From IMG/VR virus record IMGVR_UViG_3300044639_001130, positions 1 to 56,563 of that record: a stretch of 56,563 bases of DNA; one strand, 5' to 3'. The notes beneath the pieces were generated by a model. The model saw only the letters and a program-made list of their open reading frames with translations. It searched no databases and was not told the origin of the DNA. The position numbers and the translations under genes were made by a program. The stretch's first letter is position 1; each line of letters starts with the position of its first letter. The DNA comes from a virus. Taxonomy: Duplodnaviria > Caudoviricetes. Positions 10,957-21,643 of this stretch are shown piece by piece.

Positions 10957-11772
10957 ATGAACGCGATAGAAGTATATAATTCAGTACAACTTTATGTAGA
11001 TAGAAGTAAAGGAGCTAGGTATTATTTTCAAGAAATTAACAAAGCTGTAAATGATGCTATTAAAATGAAAATAGATGACATTACAGATACTGCTAATCAA
11101 AACAAGCTTAGTGGGTTAGATAGATTTCAAGTGTTTAGAGATGAGCTTTATACGCTAATGAAAAGCAATACATTTGTTCCTACTGTTGTTGGACTGTATA
11201 ATACAGACGTATTAGTTAATCATATAAACTTTCCTGCTGATTACAGAGCGTTTGCGGCATTAAGTTTAACAATAGATGGAGCTACTACTTATGGTAGACA
11301 AACTACCTATAACGAAAGAGGACCTTTATTAGAATGTAGTTTTAGAAAGCCTACCAATTCTAAGATTTACTTTTTAGAAGATTCTACGGGATTAAAAGTA
11401 TATAGAGGAACTACAGGGACGGCAAGTTCTTCTGTTTTGGATTACGTTAAACAACCTGTTGAATTTAACATGGGCAATGAGCTTAATTTAATAGATGCGG
11501 GAGTAGGTGTTTTAACTATCTCTACTTCTTATACTGCCTTTGAAGATTCTGAATACAATGGAATTATTTATCCATCCGGAACAGTATTCTCTACAAACGG
11601 TGTATTAACAGATTTAACAAGTGGTCAAGTAATATTAACAAGCTTGTTAGTAACTATTGAATTACCAAACAAAGTTCATCCTGATATTGCTAAAAGAGCT
11701 GCCTCTATATTAGCAGGTGTTGTGGAAGATTTTCAATCAAGTGCGTTTGCGGAAAAAGAATCTAAAAATTAA
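10957..11772 (+). CDS. putative tail ring / head-tail adaptor protein
   Basis: Size, position and motifs (FPADY, DYVKQP, ELPNKVHPDIA) resemble podovirus tail tubular/ring proteins. Confidence 0.6.
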   Translation: MNAIEVYNSVQLYVDRSKGARYYFQEINKAVNDAIKMKIDDITDTANQNKLSGLDRFQVFRDELYTLMKSNTFVPTVVGLYNTDVLVNHINFPADYRAFAALSLTIDGATTYGRQTTYNERGPLLECSFRKPTNSKIYFLEDSTGLKVYRGTTGTASSSVLDYVKQPVEFNMGNELNLIDAGVGVLTISTSYTAFEDSEYNGIIYPSGTVFSTNGVLTDLTSGQVILTSLLVTIELPNKVHPDIAKRAASILAGVVEDFQSSAFAEKESKN

Positions 11773-11831
11773 TTTGTATTAAAATAATACTTAAATTTGA
11801 ACATTATTAACAATTAAAAAATAAAAAAACC

Positions 11832-13436
11832 ATGTCACAGAATGTAAACAGGTCGGTATTGTTTAATACGTCAGCTTCAACTGATGTACAATACAGTGGT
11901 GGTAACGCAATAATCCCAGGATTATCTGCTATCCCCACAAACAGAATCATCAACTTTTCGCAAATTAACTACCGCGCGGAAGTTGTTCAAGTAATTACGG
12001 TAGGTGGGTCTCTTTATACTCCAACAGCTTCTACAGCTTATTCAGTATTAATCGGAGATTCTAACCGTAGAAGTCAAGGTTACACAGAGCCGTTTAAGAA
12101 GTATTCTTACACAACTCCTCCTGTAATCACAACTTTAGGTGCAACTGCTGCTTTACAGCGTGAAGCTATAACTGCTGCTTTAGTTGCTAAAATCAATGCT
12201 GCTTCAACTTACAATTATGTAACTGCTGCTTCTTTAACAGGAGGTGCTGGTTTCACAATTACTGATGCTGCTGGTTATTTCCCTTACCCTCACCAAGGTA
12301 TGAACACTCGTCAAGGCGCAACAAGAGTTGTATTAGCTGCTAACGCAGATGCTACAGGTTTTTCTGCAACTGACTTTGTTGTAACTGTTGCTGCTGTTTA
12401 TTCAGTAGGTGTAGGTTTAGATTTAGCTAACAACGCTCCAATCATGGATTTTATGACAGGAAACGTTATCTCTGGAACTGTTGATGCTCCAAAAACATTA
12501 GCTGGCGCTGCTGCTATTGCAGGTCAAAAATACAACTGTTTTTCTATTACTTATTTAGAAAATGCTCAAATTGCAGGTGTAACAGGAACTACAGGTTTAT
12601 TAGTTAAACAACGTTTAGTATGGGTTGATAACGGAGCTGGTGCTGCTGTTACTAACTTAGCAGGTTACTTAGCATTTGAAAAAGAATTACACCGTTTAAT
12701 CGGAGTTGTTTATTCTGAATCAAGTGCAATCGCTGAATACTTTGATAAGAATTTCTTAATTCAAGGCTCTTTAGGTGCTGTTCCTGTTGCTACAACTTCT
12801 CTTAAGAATAAGTTTATGACTCCTTATAACACAATGTTAAATCATTATAACATTGGTGCTCAAACTATTGTTGCTCCAACTCAAGGTGCTAACGGTTTAT
12901 TAATTGAACAAGATGCTACCGCTACCGAAGGTGCTCATTACTGTGCTGAAGTTGTTGCCGCTTGTCCTAACCAATTTGTAGTAGGTAAAACTCCTATGAC
13001 TTTAGTAAACAAGTTTTCTGCAACTACTGTAGCTAATGCAGTTTACATGGTTGGTTTCCGTGTTAAAGAAGCATTTACTGTTGACTTTAATGACTACAAT
13101 AACTTAGCTGCTGTTGGAACTGGTGCTGCCGGAACTGCTGTTGCAACTTATGGTATTTTAGGTGGAGCTGCTACCGTAACTACTACTTCTGCTACTAACT
13201 TAGTAAATAGCGCTGTTAATACTGCTGTTGTTGAAGTTGCTGCTAATGGTACTGTTGGAATTTGGATGAATGATGTTAAATACCCAGTTTACTCTGCGGG
13301 TACTACTCCTTTAGTATTTGCTGCTGGAACTGTATTAATTCCATTCTTCCAATACACTAACTTAAACACTGCTGCTGCGGTTATTAACGAAGTTGAATTT
13401 GAAGCGGTTGCTACTGATACTTTGTATAACTACTAA
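11832..13436 (+). CDS. abundant virion protein (auxiliary capsid/decoration-like)
   Basis: A/T/G/V-rich, capsid-like codon bias, own promoter element (11792) and terminator. Confidence 0.55.
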   Translation: MSQNVNRSVLFNTSASTDVQYSGGNAIIPGLSAIPTNRIINFSQINYRAEVVQVITVGGSLYTPTASTAYSVLIGDSNRRSQGYTEPFKKYSYTTPPVITTLGATAALQREAITAALVAKINAASTYNYVTAASLTGGAGFTITDAAGYFPYPHQGMNTRQGATRVVLAANADATGFSATDFVVTVAAVYSVGVGLDLANNAPIMDFMTGNVISGTVDAPKTLAGAAAIAGQKYNCFSITYLENAQIAGVTGTTGLLVKQRLVWVDNGAGAAVTNLAGYLAFEKELHRLIGVVYSESSAIAEYFDKNFLIQGSLGAVPVATTSLKNKFMTPYNTMLNHYNIGAQTIVAPTQGANGLLIEQDATATEGAHYCAEVVAACPNQFVVGKTPMTLVNKFSATTVANAVYMVGFRVKEAFTVDFNDYNNLAAVGTGAAGTAVATYGILGGAATVTTTSATNLVNSAVNTAVVEVAANGTVGIWMNDVKYPVYSAGTTPLVFAAGTVLIPFFQYTNLNTAAAVINEVEFEAVATDTLYNY

Positions 13437-13458
13437 GATTTAATTCTTAACTAAAATT

Positions 13459-13489
13459 AAAAGGTTACTGTAAAAAGTAACCTTTTTTT
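13459..13489 (+). terminator. intrinsic terminator
   Basis: AAAAGGTTACT-GTAAAA-AGTAACCTTTT plus T run. Confidence 0.8.
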
Positions 13490-13522
13490 ATTTACTTTTA
13501 TATCACAAAAATATAATAAATA

Positions 13523-13864
13523 ATGGAAAATCAATCAACAACAGAGATAGTAAGAGCCATAAGATACTCACCTAATTTAGTAGCACTTGGTTATCAAAAA
13601 TTAACCGTAACTGGTGGGACTGCTCAAGCTTTAACCGTACCTACAGGTGCTTTATATGCTGAAATTAGAGTAGAATCAGCTACAACTACAGGTGTAATTA
13701 TGAGATATTTAATGTTGGGAGCTACTACATTGCCTACAACTACAGATGGAATGGCGTTATCTAATTTAGATTTATTTGATATTAGTAACGGAGATAACGT
13801 AGCTAATTTTAGAGTTATTGCAGTTAGCGGTAGTCATACATTACATATTCAGTATTATAAATAA
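13523..13864 (+). CDS. small beta-rich virion protein
   Basis: Composition and position in the structural module. Confidence 0.4.
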   Translation: MENQSTTEIVRAIRYSPNLVALGYQKLTVTGGTAQALTVPTGALYAEIRVESATTTGVIMRYLMLGATTLPTTTDGMALSNLDLFDISNGDNVANFRVIAVSGSHTLHIQYYK

Positions 13865-13869
13865 TAAAC

Positions 13870-14961
13870 ATGGGACAGTCAGCAGTAAAAAATCCTAGAA
13901 GGATATTTAGTCAAGCATCATCGGGAGGTGGGGCTGACCCTGCATTAGCTGGTCGCGTAACAACTTTAGAAAACAATGAATACAAAGTTACATATTATGA
14001 GATTGTGTCAGGAACAAGCGGAAGCCTCACAATCCCAACAAACTCAACCATTAACTCAGATGAGTTTGGTTTATCGGGTAATGCAATACTTTCAAAAATT
14101 GATGGTTCAAATAAGCCAACATTTGAAAGTCCTAAAACGGTAGGTAATGTTGTAGTAACAGCATCACTTAATACTACTACAGGAGCATGGACATCATCAG
14201 GAACTTATACAGATGCAACGGTAGCTTTAATCTATTCAATTAAAATTAAAGCAATATATTATTCTTCTTTAAATTATGATAGAATAATTGAAACTGTAGA
14301 TTTAGCTGTAACAAAAACTTCTGATTTAATTAACGATGGTGACGATGGAGTATCTCACTTTATTACTTTAAATGATTTGCCATCTAACTTAACACTTTAT
14401 GCTACAGATGCAGCAAGTGATATTAGTGGTTACTTTAAATTAGTAAGTAGCATAACAGACCCTAGTTATAACACAACGGCTGTTAATATACCAACTGGTG
14501 CAATTACAACCACCAATGAATTTATTGCAAGTTTGGCAACAAGTGCAAATATTATAGTTGGAAATCCTGGTGTATTTAATATTACTACAATTGGGCAAAT
14601 TCAAAAATTAACAGGTACAGGAAACTCTGAATTTTATTTTGAGGTTTGGAAAAGAGTAGCAGCTGGTACTGAAACTTTAATAACGACCTCGGCATTTACA
14701 TTGCCAGTATTAAATAGTGGTTATGCTGAATTTTCTGCTAGTGCTTTATGGAACGATGGAACATTTTTATCAACCGATAGAATTGTTTTAAAGTTTTACG
14801 GAAGTAGAGTAGCCGGTGGCTCTAATCCAACTTATCAATTTCAATTTGGTGGTTTATCTCCAGTACGCTCATTAGTACCAATACCATTAAATGTTGTTCC
14901 TGCATTACCAGCAACGGTAAATGCTGCAACTAATTTATTTAATTTTTATAATAACATATAA
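13870..14961 (+). CDS. putative tail fibre/spike protein
   Basis: T/S/G-rich; GRVTTLEN coiled segment and TKTSDLINDG fibre-like motif. Confidence 0.55.
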   Translation: MGQSAVKNPRRIFSQASSGGGADPALAGRVTTLENNEYKVTYYEIVSGTSGSLTIPTNSTINSDEFGLSGNAILSKIDGSNKPTFESPKTVGNVVVTASLNTTTGAWTSSGTYTDATVALIYSIKIKAIYYSSLNYDRIIETVDLAVTKTSDLINDGDDGVSHFITLNDLPSNLTLYATDAASDISGYFKLVSSITDPSYNTTAVNIPTGAITTTNEFIASLATSANIIVGNPGVFNITTIGQIQKLTGTGNSEFYFEVWKRVAAGTETLITTSAFTLPVLNSGYAEFSASALWNDGTFLSTDRIVLKFYGSRVAGGSNPTYQFQFGGLSPVRSLVPIPLNVVPALPATVNAATNLFNFYNNI

Positions 14962-15221
14962 TATGATGACTTACACAGCACCAGATGGACACGTAATTGA
15001 ATCTTTACCTTATCCACAAATAGTAACTTATAAGTGCCCTTGTTCAGAAATAGTAGATGGTATTTACTATTCTATTGAAACTACTGGGGCAGCAACTAAT
15101 ATTGGTATTCAACAAATTAAAATTAAAAGAATTGTTGATAATAACAATATGACTATTGAAATAGTTATGAGTTCAGATGAAGAATTAATTGAATATCAAA
15201 ATAATAATAAACTAATATAAA

Positions 15222-15647
15222 ATGTCAGCAAATTCAGCAAATCCAACTCCAATATTTATTAATAAAGGAAATTTAACTCCTGCTAGAATTGCAGCAGCAA
15301 ATACTGATAATAGTGGTGGAGGCACATTAGTCGATGTTGTAACTGCTACAATTGATGGCACAAGAGTAGATGGTATCAGATTTAATAACTCTGGCGCTTC
15401 AACTACTGCATCAGCAGCAACAAGAATTAACATATTTCATACAGTAGGTGCAACTATAAGAATTATAGCACAAGTTTTAATGCCTGCTGGCGGAGTAAAA
15501 TCTGGAACTGTATTAGGGGCAACTGCAATTTACACATTTGACCAAGCCATTATATTAAAAACGGGAGAAAAAATTTCAGTCACTTCTACTAATTGGGCTT
15601 CTATTGTAGATAATATTGATGCTACTGCTTATGCTGGAGATTATTAA
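15222..15647 (+). CDS. small virion/fibre-associated protein
   Basis: Beta-rich 141-aa ORF within the fibre cluster. Confidence 0.4.
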   Translation: MSANSANPTPIFINKGNLTPARIAAANTDNSGGGTLVDVVTATIDGTRVDGIRFNNSGASTTASAATRINIFHTVGATIRIIAQVLMPAGGVKSGTVLGATAIYTFDQAIILKTGEKISVTSTNWASIVDNIDATAYAGDY

Positions 15648-15649
15648 TT

Positions 15650-17044
15650 ATGGCATTAAGAACAGTTAGTATATTAGGTGGAAATTGGAATGCAGTAACA
15701 ACTTGGGTTGGTGGTGTTGTTCCGCTTGCAAATGATACTGTTGACTTTACTGCATTGTCGGGAAATCTTACCGTTAATGTTACAACGGCAGCACTAGCAG
15801 GTATAAATTTTACAAACTATGTTGGTATTATTACTTTTAATTCTAATATAGTACTTAATACATCTGTTAATTTAGGAAGTGGTGGATATACTCAAGCAGG
15901 TACTTTTGGACTGTCAATTAATAACATTACAACAATTACATCAAACGGTGTCGCTTTGAAAAATCTAACAACAACACCAGCAATAACTATTACACTAACA
16001 GATATATTAGTAGTTTATGGGACATTGTCAATAGCTGGTTCGTCTTTTGCAACTTCTGCTTGTCACGTAAAAGGAAATTTAACAATAACTGGTAATACTG
16101 GAACGGGTGGCACAATAATAATTAATGGAACGGGTAATCAAATTTGGTCAGGAGTAAATAGATTGCGAACAGATTTACAAATAAATAAACCTAGCGGAAC
16201 ATTAACAGTGAGTGGTTCGGTAGCTTTTACAAATAGTATTTTAACTTATATAGCAGGAAATGTTGACACAACTGGAAGTACATTAACAATTGATGTAGTT
16301 TCTACACTTGATACAAATGATTTGGTTTGGAATAATATATCATTAATTGGTGGAATTCAAACACTACTTAGTGATTTAAATTGTCAAAATTTAACATCAG
16401 GTGGTAATACAATAAATGGTTTATTTAATGTAAATGTAAGTGGTAATTTAACGGCAAGTGGAATTACACTAATTGGCACGGCTACTATTGTATTAACAGG
16501 AACAGGGCTTTGGACTGCAACAAATGCTGCAAATACTTTTAGAGCACCTATAATTATTAATACTAATGGAATTATAACACTAGCAAATTCTTTAACACAC
16601 GATGGAGATTTAACATATATTAAAGGAATTGTAAAATCTAATAATACTACAATTAATTTTGGGTCTAGTCTAAAAACCTTAATAAATTTACATAAATTAA
16701 TTTTTAAAAATGTTATATTAGGCTCATCAGTTAATTTTACTATGAATGAGTTTTTTAGTGGCAGCCCTTCACTTGTAACTAATATAAGTTCATCAACCAC
16801 CACAAATTACACAATAGCTTTTCAAGATGGATTTGAAAAAATATCTAAATTTGTTAATATAAATAATTGCACATTATCAAAACCACTACAATTATTGGTT
16901 ATTACTAATAGTTCTAAAAGCTCAAATAATAGAGGTATAAGATATATTAATCAAAGTCCTAATGGAATAGCAAAGAATAAACCTAGTGTTAATGTGCCTA
17001 TGGCTTATGGAGTAGGTGGATTAATAAATGACCCAAATATGTAA
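15650..17044 (+). CDS. putative beta-helical receptor-binding/spike protein
   Basis: N-terminal GNWNAVTTWVGGVVP..D motif and repetitive GNLT/GTLT/T-I strands. Confidence 0.6.
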   Translation: MALRTVSILGGNWNAVTTWVGGVVPLANDTVDFTALSGNLTVNVTTAALAGINFTNYVGIITFNSNIVLNTSVNLGSGGYTQAGTFGLSINNITTITSNGVALKNLTTTPAITITLTDILVVYGTLSIAGSSFATSACHVKGNLTITGNTGTGGTIIINGTGNQIWSGVNRLRTDLQINKPSGTLTVSGSVAFTNSILTYIAGNVDTTGSTLTIDVVSTLDTNDLVWNNISLIGGIQTLLSDLNCQNLTSGGNTINGLFNVNVSGNLTASGITLIGTATIVLTGTGLWTATNAANTFRAPIIINTNGIITLANSLTHDGDLTYIKGIVKSNNTTINFGSSLKTLINLHKLIFKNVILGSSVNFTMNEFFSGSPSLVTNISSSTTTNYTIAFQDGFEKISKFVNINNCTLSKPLQLLVITNSSKSSNNRGIRYINQSPNGIAKNKPSVNVPMAYGVGGLINDPNM

Positions 17045-17068
17045 TTATAACAATACTTAAATATACTA

Positions 17069-17266
17069 ATGAAACACTTTTTAGAAATACTTCATCATAA
17101 ATTAATTAAATTATTAGATTTAACAGACGTCCCACTTATGTTTTTAGGCAGTTACACTTTAGCACAATACAAAGATTTATTAGGTGTACTTGGTATCATT
17201 ATAACCGTAAGTTATACTCTATGGAAATGGAGAAAAGAATGGTTAGAATCAAGACTTAGAAATTAA
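17069..17266 (+). CDS. holin candidate
   Basis: 65 aa with a hydrophobic helix and basic/Trp-rich C-terminus, directly before a putative endolysin. Confidence 0.5.
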   Translation: MKHFLEILHHKLIKLLDLTDVPLMFLGSYTLAQYKDLLGVLGIIITVSYTLWKWRKEWLESRLRN

Positions 17267-17270
17267 TAAT

Positions 17271-17711
17271 ATGAAAGCAATATTAAAAAGTTACAGAGAT
17301 ACTTATTCTAAGAAATCAATTATAAGTAAGTTACATGTAAATGATACATTTATATGTGATATATTAGAAGATGTATCTAGAGATTTAAATAGAGATGGTG
17401 ATTTAAATGATTTAGGTGAAACTAAAATTCATGGAGAAACAGCAATACCTGCTGGAACTTATAAAATGATTATTAATATATCACCTAGGTTTAAAAAGTT
17501 ATTACCTAGATTAATCAATGTTCCTGGTTTTGATGGAGTTTTAATACACACCGGAAACCAAATTCAAGATACACATGGATGTCTTTTAGTAGGAACTAGA
17601 GGAATAGATTGTATTAAAGGTGGTACTAGTACTCCTGCAATGACTAAGTTAATGAAAGAGTTAGCTAAGTATGATGAATATGAAATTCAAATTATAGATA
17701 AGAAATTATGA
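17271..17711 (+). CDS. DUF5675-like protein (putative endolysin)
   Basis: ETAIPAGTY...VLIHTGN...DTHGCLLVG with His/Cys pair; flanked by membrane proteins. Confidence 0.7.
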   Translation: MKAILKSYRDTYSKKSIISKLHVNDTFICDILEDVSRDLNRDGDLNDLGETKIHGETAIPAGTYKMIINISPRFKKLLPRLINVPGFDGVLIHTGNQIQDTHGCLLVGTRGIDCIKGGTSTPAMTKLMKELAKYDEYEIQIIDKKL

Positions 17712-17893
17712 TGACAAAAAAAAGATGGTTAGCTAACCACATATCAACTTTAATGGGTATCTTAGTAGCGGTATCTACAGCATGGATGACTATTGATTGG
17801 ACTACATTTGATATAAACAAAGAATACCCTAAATTAATATTATCTGCAATTATTGCAATAGGTGGATATGTAACAACAATTAAAACTAAATAA
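17708..17893 (+). CDS. holin/antiholin candidate
   Basis: 61 aa with two hydrophobic helices. Confidence 0.5.
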   Translation: MMTKKRWLANHISTLMGILVAVSTAWMTIDWTTFDINKEYPKLILSAIIAIGGYVTTIKTK

Positions 17894-17894
17894 A

Positions 17895-18644
17895 ATGAGT
17901 GTTTTTTTAAAAAGACTTAGACTGTTTTCACAATCTACAGCATCAAGTATTATTAATGCAATAACAGGCACAGGCACTACTAACAAACTATCTAAATTTA
18001 CAGCAGCAGGTACAATTGGAGATAGTCAATTATTTGATAATGGAACTAATGTGGGGATAGGGACGGCTACACCAAGTGCTAAATTAGAAATATTTAATTC
18101 TGGTCCTGCTTCAGATTTATTAATACAATCAATAGCAACAATTCCTTTTGTTGTAGGAAATTTTAATGCATTTTCAGTAAGCAATGCAGGTAGAATAGTT
18201 TCTGGATATTTAGATAGTAATTTAGCTTCTACTGTAGGTCATAGTTTTTATGCTTCACAAGGTGCTACAAATATTTTATCTTTAAAGACTCAAAATGGTT
18301 CGCAAAATATATTTGAAGTAAATACAGATGGTTCATTTCAAATTGGACATTTAGCTTCAACAGTAACTTCATTTGCTCATAATGGTTTAAATAAATTTAC
18401 ATTCACTGGAGATATTTCGCAATCAGTAGGGATTAATCAAATAAACCCTACTGCAACCTTTCACGCTAAAGGCATTGATGCAACATCTTCAAACTATGCT
18501 TTAAAGGTTGATAATTCAGCTGGAACTCCTTTGTTATATGTTAGGAATGATGGTGTGGTAATTGCTAATAATTTACCTACATCTGCTACTGGATTACCTG
18601 TTGGTGCTATTTGGAGAAATGGGAATGTACTTAATATAATTTAA
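17895..18644 (+). CDS. tail fibre-like protein
   Basis: DNGTNVGIGTATPSAKLEI and VGINQINP repeats; C-terminal LPTSATGL...WRNG motif. Confidence 0.6.
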   Translation: MSVFLKRLRLFSQSTASSIINAITGTGTTNKLSKFTAAGTIGDSQLFDNGTNVGIGTATPSAKLEIFNSGPASDLLIQSIATIPFVVGNFNAFSVSNAGRIVSGYLDSNLASTVGHSFYASQGATNILSLKTQNGSQNIFEVNTDGSFQIGHLASTVTSFAHNGLNKFTFTGDISQSVGINQINPTATFHAKGIDATSSNYALKVDNSAGTPLLYVRNDGVVIANNLPTSATGLPVGAIWRNGNVLNII

Positions 18645-18662
18645 TAATTAAAATAATAATAA

Positions 18663-18905
18663 ATGAAAATCATATCAAAAAACACAGTAGTATTAAAATC
18701 ATCTATGAATTTTAATGAAGATAAAACGGAAGTTACTTTTCAAGCTAACACAGAATTATTAGTAGAAGGTAATCCTTATGCAGATTTATTTACTCCAAAA
18801 ACAATATTTGATTTAACTTGCCCAACAGCAAATATTGCAAATATTGAAGAAGTTGCACAATTACAAATTGATGCTTATATTTTAGATAATTATCCAGAAG
18901 TTTAA
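18663..18905 (+). CDS. small protein after fibre gene (possible fibre chaperone)
   Basis: Position only. Confidence 0.3.
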   Translation: MKIISKNTVVLKSSMNFNEDKTEVTFQANTELLVEGNPYADLFTPKTIFDLTCPTANIANIEEVAQLQIDAYILDNYPEV

Positions 18906-18907
18906 AT

Positions 18908-19492
18908 ATGTGGGAAAAAATAAAAGATAATTTTAATCCGGAAACTAAATCTCAAATACTAAGTAAATTAGCATTATTTTTTATCGGTTTTATAATAGCT
19001 GCCGTACTTTTACTTAAATGCGAAGGAAATACTCCTATTGATAATACAAGCGTCTTAAATTCAAGATATGACAGTCTAAGCAAAGAGGTTGTTAAAAAAG
19101 ATGCTGTAACTGATAGTTTAAACAAAGTTGTATTAGGATTAGATACGGTTAGAGAAAAGATATTGGATGTTTATCATGTAAAGAAAAAGAAAAAAAATAT
19201 ACACGATACCGTATGGGTAACTAGCTTTATACAAGTATGTGATAGCGTTATAACTTTAGACAGTACGGAAATAAGCTCACTTAAAGCTCTTAATAAGAAT
19301 TTAGTTGATATAAATAAAGATAAATCAGATATGCTTTATAATAGAGATAATGTAATAACGAGAAAAGATGTTACAATAGACTCTTTAATTAAAAGCAAAA
19401 AGAAGTATTGGAAAGGATTTAAACACGGTTTTGTTGCAGGGTCAATAGTAATAGAATCTTTAAATATAGGCGTTGGAGTTATATTAAAATAG
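18908..19492 (+). CDS. spanin-like membrane protein
   Basis: N-terminal hydrophobic helix followed by Cys, central coiled coil, hydrophobic C-terminus; in the lysis region. Confidence 0.45.
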   Translation: MWEKIKDNFNPETKSQILSKLALFFIGFIIAAVLLLKCEGNTPIDNTSVLNSRYDSLSKEVVKKDAVTDSLNKVVLGLDTVREKILDVYHVKKKKKNIHDTVWVTSFIQVCDSVITLDSTEISSLKALNKNLVDINKDKSDMLYNRDNVITRKDVTIDSLIKSKKKYWKGFKHGFVAGSIVIESLNIGVGVILK

Positions 19493-19514
19493 TCTAGTGT
19501 AAAATACTATAAAA

Positions 19515-19534
19515 ATATGACAACCTTGTCATAT
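19515..19534. promoter_or_regulatory. palindromic operator-like site ATATGACAA-CC-TTGTCATAT
   Basis: Perfect 9-bp inverted repeat; related copies at 9677, 26091, 44135 and 51231. Confidence 0.55.
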
Positions 19535-19603
19535 AATTAATTGAATATTGTATTTATAGATAGCTCTTTTTTTATTACATTTGTTAAGATATAACAACAT
19601 GCC

Positions 19604-20440
19604 ATGCCCACTAAAAGACAAATCATAGATGATATTTTTATATTAGCAACACGCTTTGGAAGAACAGATGATTCAAGGCTAGATGAAACCTATATAGGAT
19701 TTAAAATAGAGCAAATAAGAGTTGCTAAGATAATTGAAGAATATAACTACACCGGTGTTATTGACCAAAATTGGTTAGTTGACTTTGGAACATTGCCATT
19801 ATATCAAGTTAATTTTGCGGATGACCCTAATATAACTCACTGTTCTTGTAATGTTATGAAGTTTAAGTTACCTGTTCCTGTTATGAATTTAACAGCTTTA
19901 GGAGAAGGAAATTTAGATTTAGGATTAAGAATTATATCTGCTTGCGGTTCAAAACAATATACATATTATCCATTAGAAAGATGGAGAATGATACCAAGCG
20001 GACATGTAAGGTCTTTGTTTGATTATTATTCAAGATTTGGCAAATATGGATACGTTAATAGCAATGTTAAGTTCTTAAGGTTTATAGGTATTCCAGAAAC
20101 TACAGAAGGCTTAACTGTTAAAAATACATTACCGGTATATTCCGGAAGTATTAAAGCAGGAGTATCTTATACTGTAAATGGAGCATCTATAACTTATAAC
20201 GGAAGCACTTATATTAATGGACAAACATTTACAGGCGCATTAGGGGTAACAACTTTTACCGGAACAGCAGAAGTTAATTACACTAACTTCCAAGCTCCAA
20301 TGACGGAAGATGATAATTATCCCGTATCCGCTCACATGGCTAGATTAATAGTATTAGAATTTATGACAAAAGAGTTAGCTGTAGAAGAAAAACAAATAGC
20401 TGATATACAAAACGATTCTGCTGATGATGCTAAAAAATAA
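19604..20440 (+). CDS. putative tail ring protein
   Basis: Size, position and C-terminal YPVSAHM...DIQNDSAD resemble crAss-like ring proteins. Confidence 0.55.
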   Translation: MPTKRQIIDDIFILATRFGRTDDSRLDETYIGFKIEQIRVAKIIEEYNYTGVIDQNWLVDFGTLPLYQVNFADDPNITHCSCNVMKFKLPVPVMNLTALGEGNLDLGLRIISACGSKQYTYYPLERWRMIPSGHVRSLFDYYSRFGKYGYVNSNVKFLRFIGIPETTEGLTVKNTLPVYSGSIKAGVSYTVNGASITYNGSTYINGQTFTGALGVTTFTGTAEVNYTNFQAPMTEDDNYPVSAHMARLIVLEFMTKELAVEEKQIADIQNDSADDAKK

Positions 20441-20445
20441 AATCA

Positions 20446-20877
20446 ATGAAGGCGGTATTTAATAAAAAAAGTGTTGATGATAGCATAAAAAGAAAGTTTA
20501 AAAAGATATACAAAAAGAAAATAAGCACGAGTGAAATAAATAAGATTTGGAAAGACTGGATAGATGAATGTATAGTGAAACCATTGAATGTAGGAACGAT
20601 AGCTAAATTAGATAAAGAAAGCAAAATATGGGTAAAAGCTATCCCTACACATACGCACAAAAGAGCCGTGTCTTTAAGAAGTAAAGGTTTAGCTTATGTA
20701 AGCGGAAAGATAAGAGAAGCTAATATAAATTTTGATACATCTAAATATATTTATAAAGTAGTTTTTGAAACAGAGAGATTTAATGAGAAAATAAAATTAT
20801 TTTATAAGCCTCATATAAACATTAAGAAGTCTGTAAGTGAAGGAATAGTAAATGGTAAATTAATAACAAGATTATAA
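20446..20877 (+). CDS. basic protein, possibly IHF/HU-like
   Basis: Very basic; lies between ring genes, where crAss-like phages carry IHF-like genes. Confidence 0.35.
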   Translation: MKAVFNKKSVDDSIKRKFKKIYKKKISTSEINKIWKDWIDECIVKPLNVGTIAKLDKESKIWVKAIPTHTHKRAVSLRSKGLAYVSGKIREANINFDTSKYIYKVVFETERFNEKIKLFYKPHINIKKSVSEGIVNGKLITRL

Positions 20878-20878
20878 A

Positions 20879-21643
20879 ATGGCAATAAATAGATTGGTAT
20901 CAATTAGAAACCCCGTAATTAACGCAATGGACATGGCTGCATTAGACCATGATAATCATTTGCCTTTATTTACACAATGGGCTACAGAAGCTGAAATGGA
21001 GATTGGTAGCTACTATCAATTCACTCGTCAATGGGCTTTATTGGATGTTTGCGGGTGTACTGCTGCTCCAATACCTTGTAATGCAGTAAAGATAGAAGCG
21101 TCTGTTGTAGGCAACCACATGGATAATTGTTGTGGAGTGTTTGGAAACATATTAGGAACGGATGGACCTTTCCTTAATACAATAATTCAAAACACTACAG
21201 GTATGCTAGTTATTGATGCGGGTAGCGGAGATAATAGTAATACTTACGGGCAAGTTCAGTTTCATGTTCAAAACAATAAGTTGATATTTGATGCTAAATA
21301 CGGCATTAAACAAATAACTATTCAATTTATTGGCTACGAATTAGATTGTGATGGATTTATGCAAGTTGGAGAAAATCATATTCAAGCCATTACTGAATAC
21401 ATACTTTATAAGTGGTGTTCTAGAAAAAGAAAAAAAAGCGGTGCTGATTTACAAGAAATGCAATGGCATTATACTCAATGGGATAGATTATGCGCTCACT
21501 CAAGAGCCTTAGATGCAGAATTAACACCAACAGATAGAGAAGAAATAGCGCAAATTTACAATAACCCGTTAGCAGGCAGAGGATTATTCCTTGGTATGAC
21601 TAACCCTAACAGTTATGGATATGGAAGAACAGGCAATTATTAA
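20879..21643 (+). CDS. putative tail tubular/ring protein
   Basis: Directly precedes the nozzle-like gene; DCDGF...AITEYILYK segment. Confidence 0.55.
   Translation: MAINRLVSIRNPVINAMDMAALDHDNHLPLFTQWATEAEMEIGSYYQFTRQWALLDVCGCTAAPIPCNAVKIEASVVGNHMDNCCGVFGNILGTDGPFLNTIIQNTTGMLVIDAGSGDNSNTYGQVQFHVQNNKLIFDAKYGIKQITIQFIGYELDCDGFMQVGENHIQAITEYILYKWCSRKRKKSGADLQEMQWHYTQWDRLCAHSRALDAELTPTDREEIAQIYNNPLAGRGLFLGMTNPNSYGYGRTGNY

Noticed and set aside
13870-18644. Diversity-generating retroelement acting on fibre genes
   Set aside because: No reverse transcriptase and no template/variable repeat pair was seen in the window
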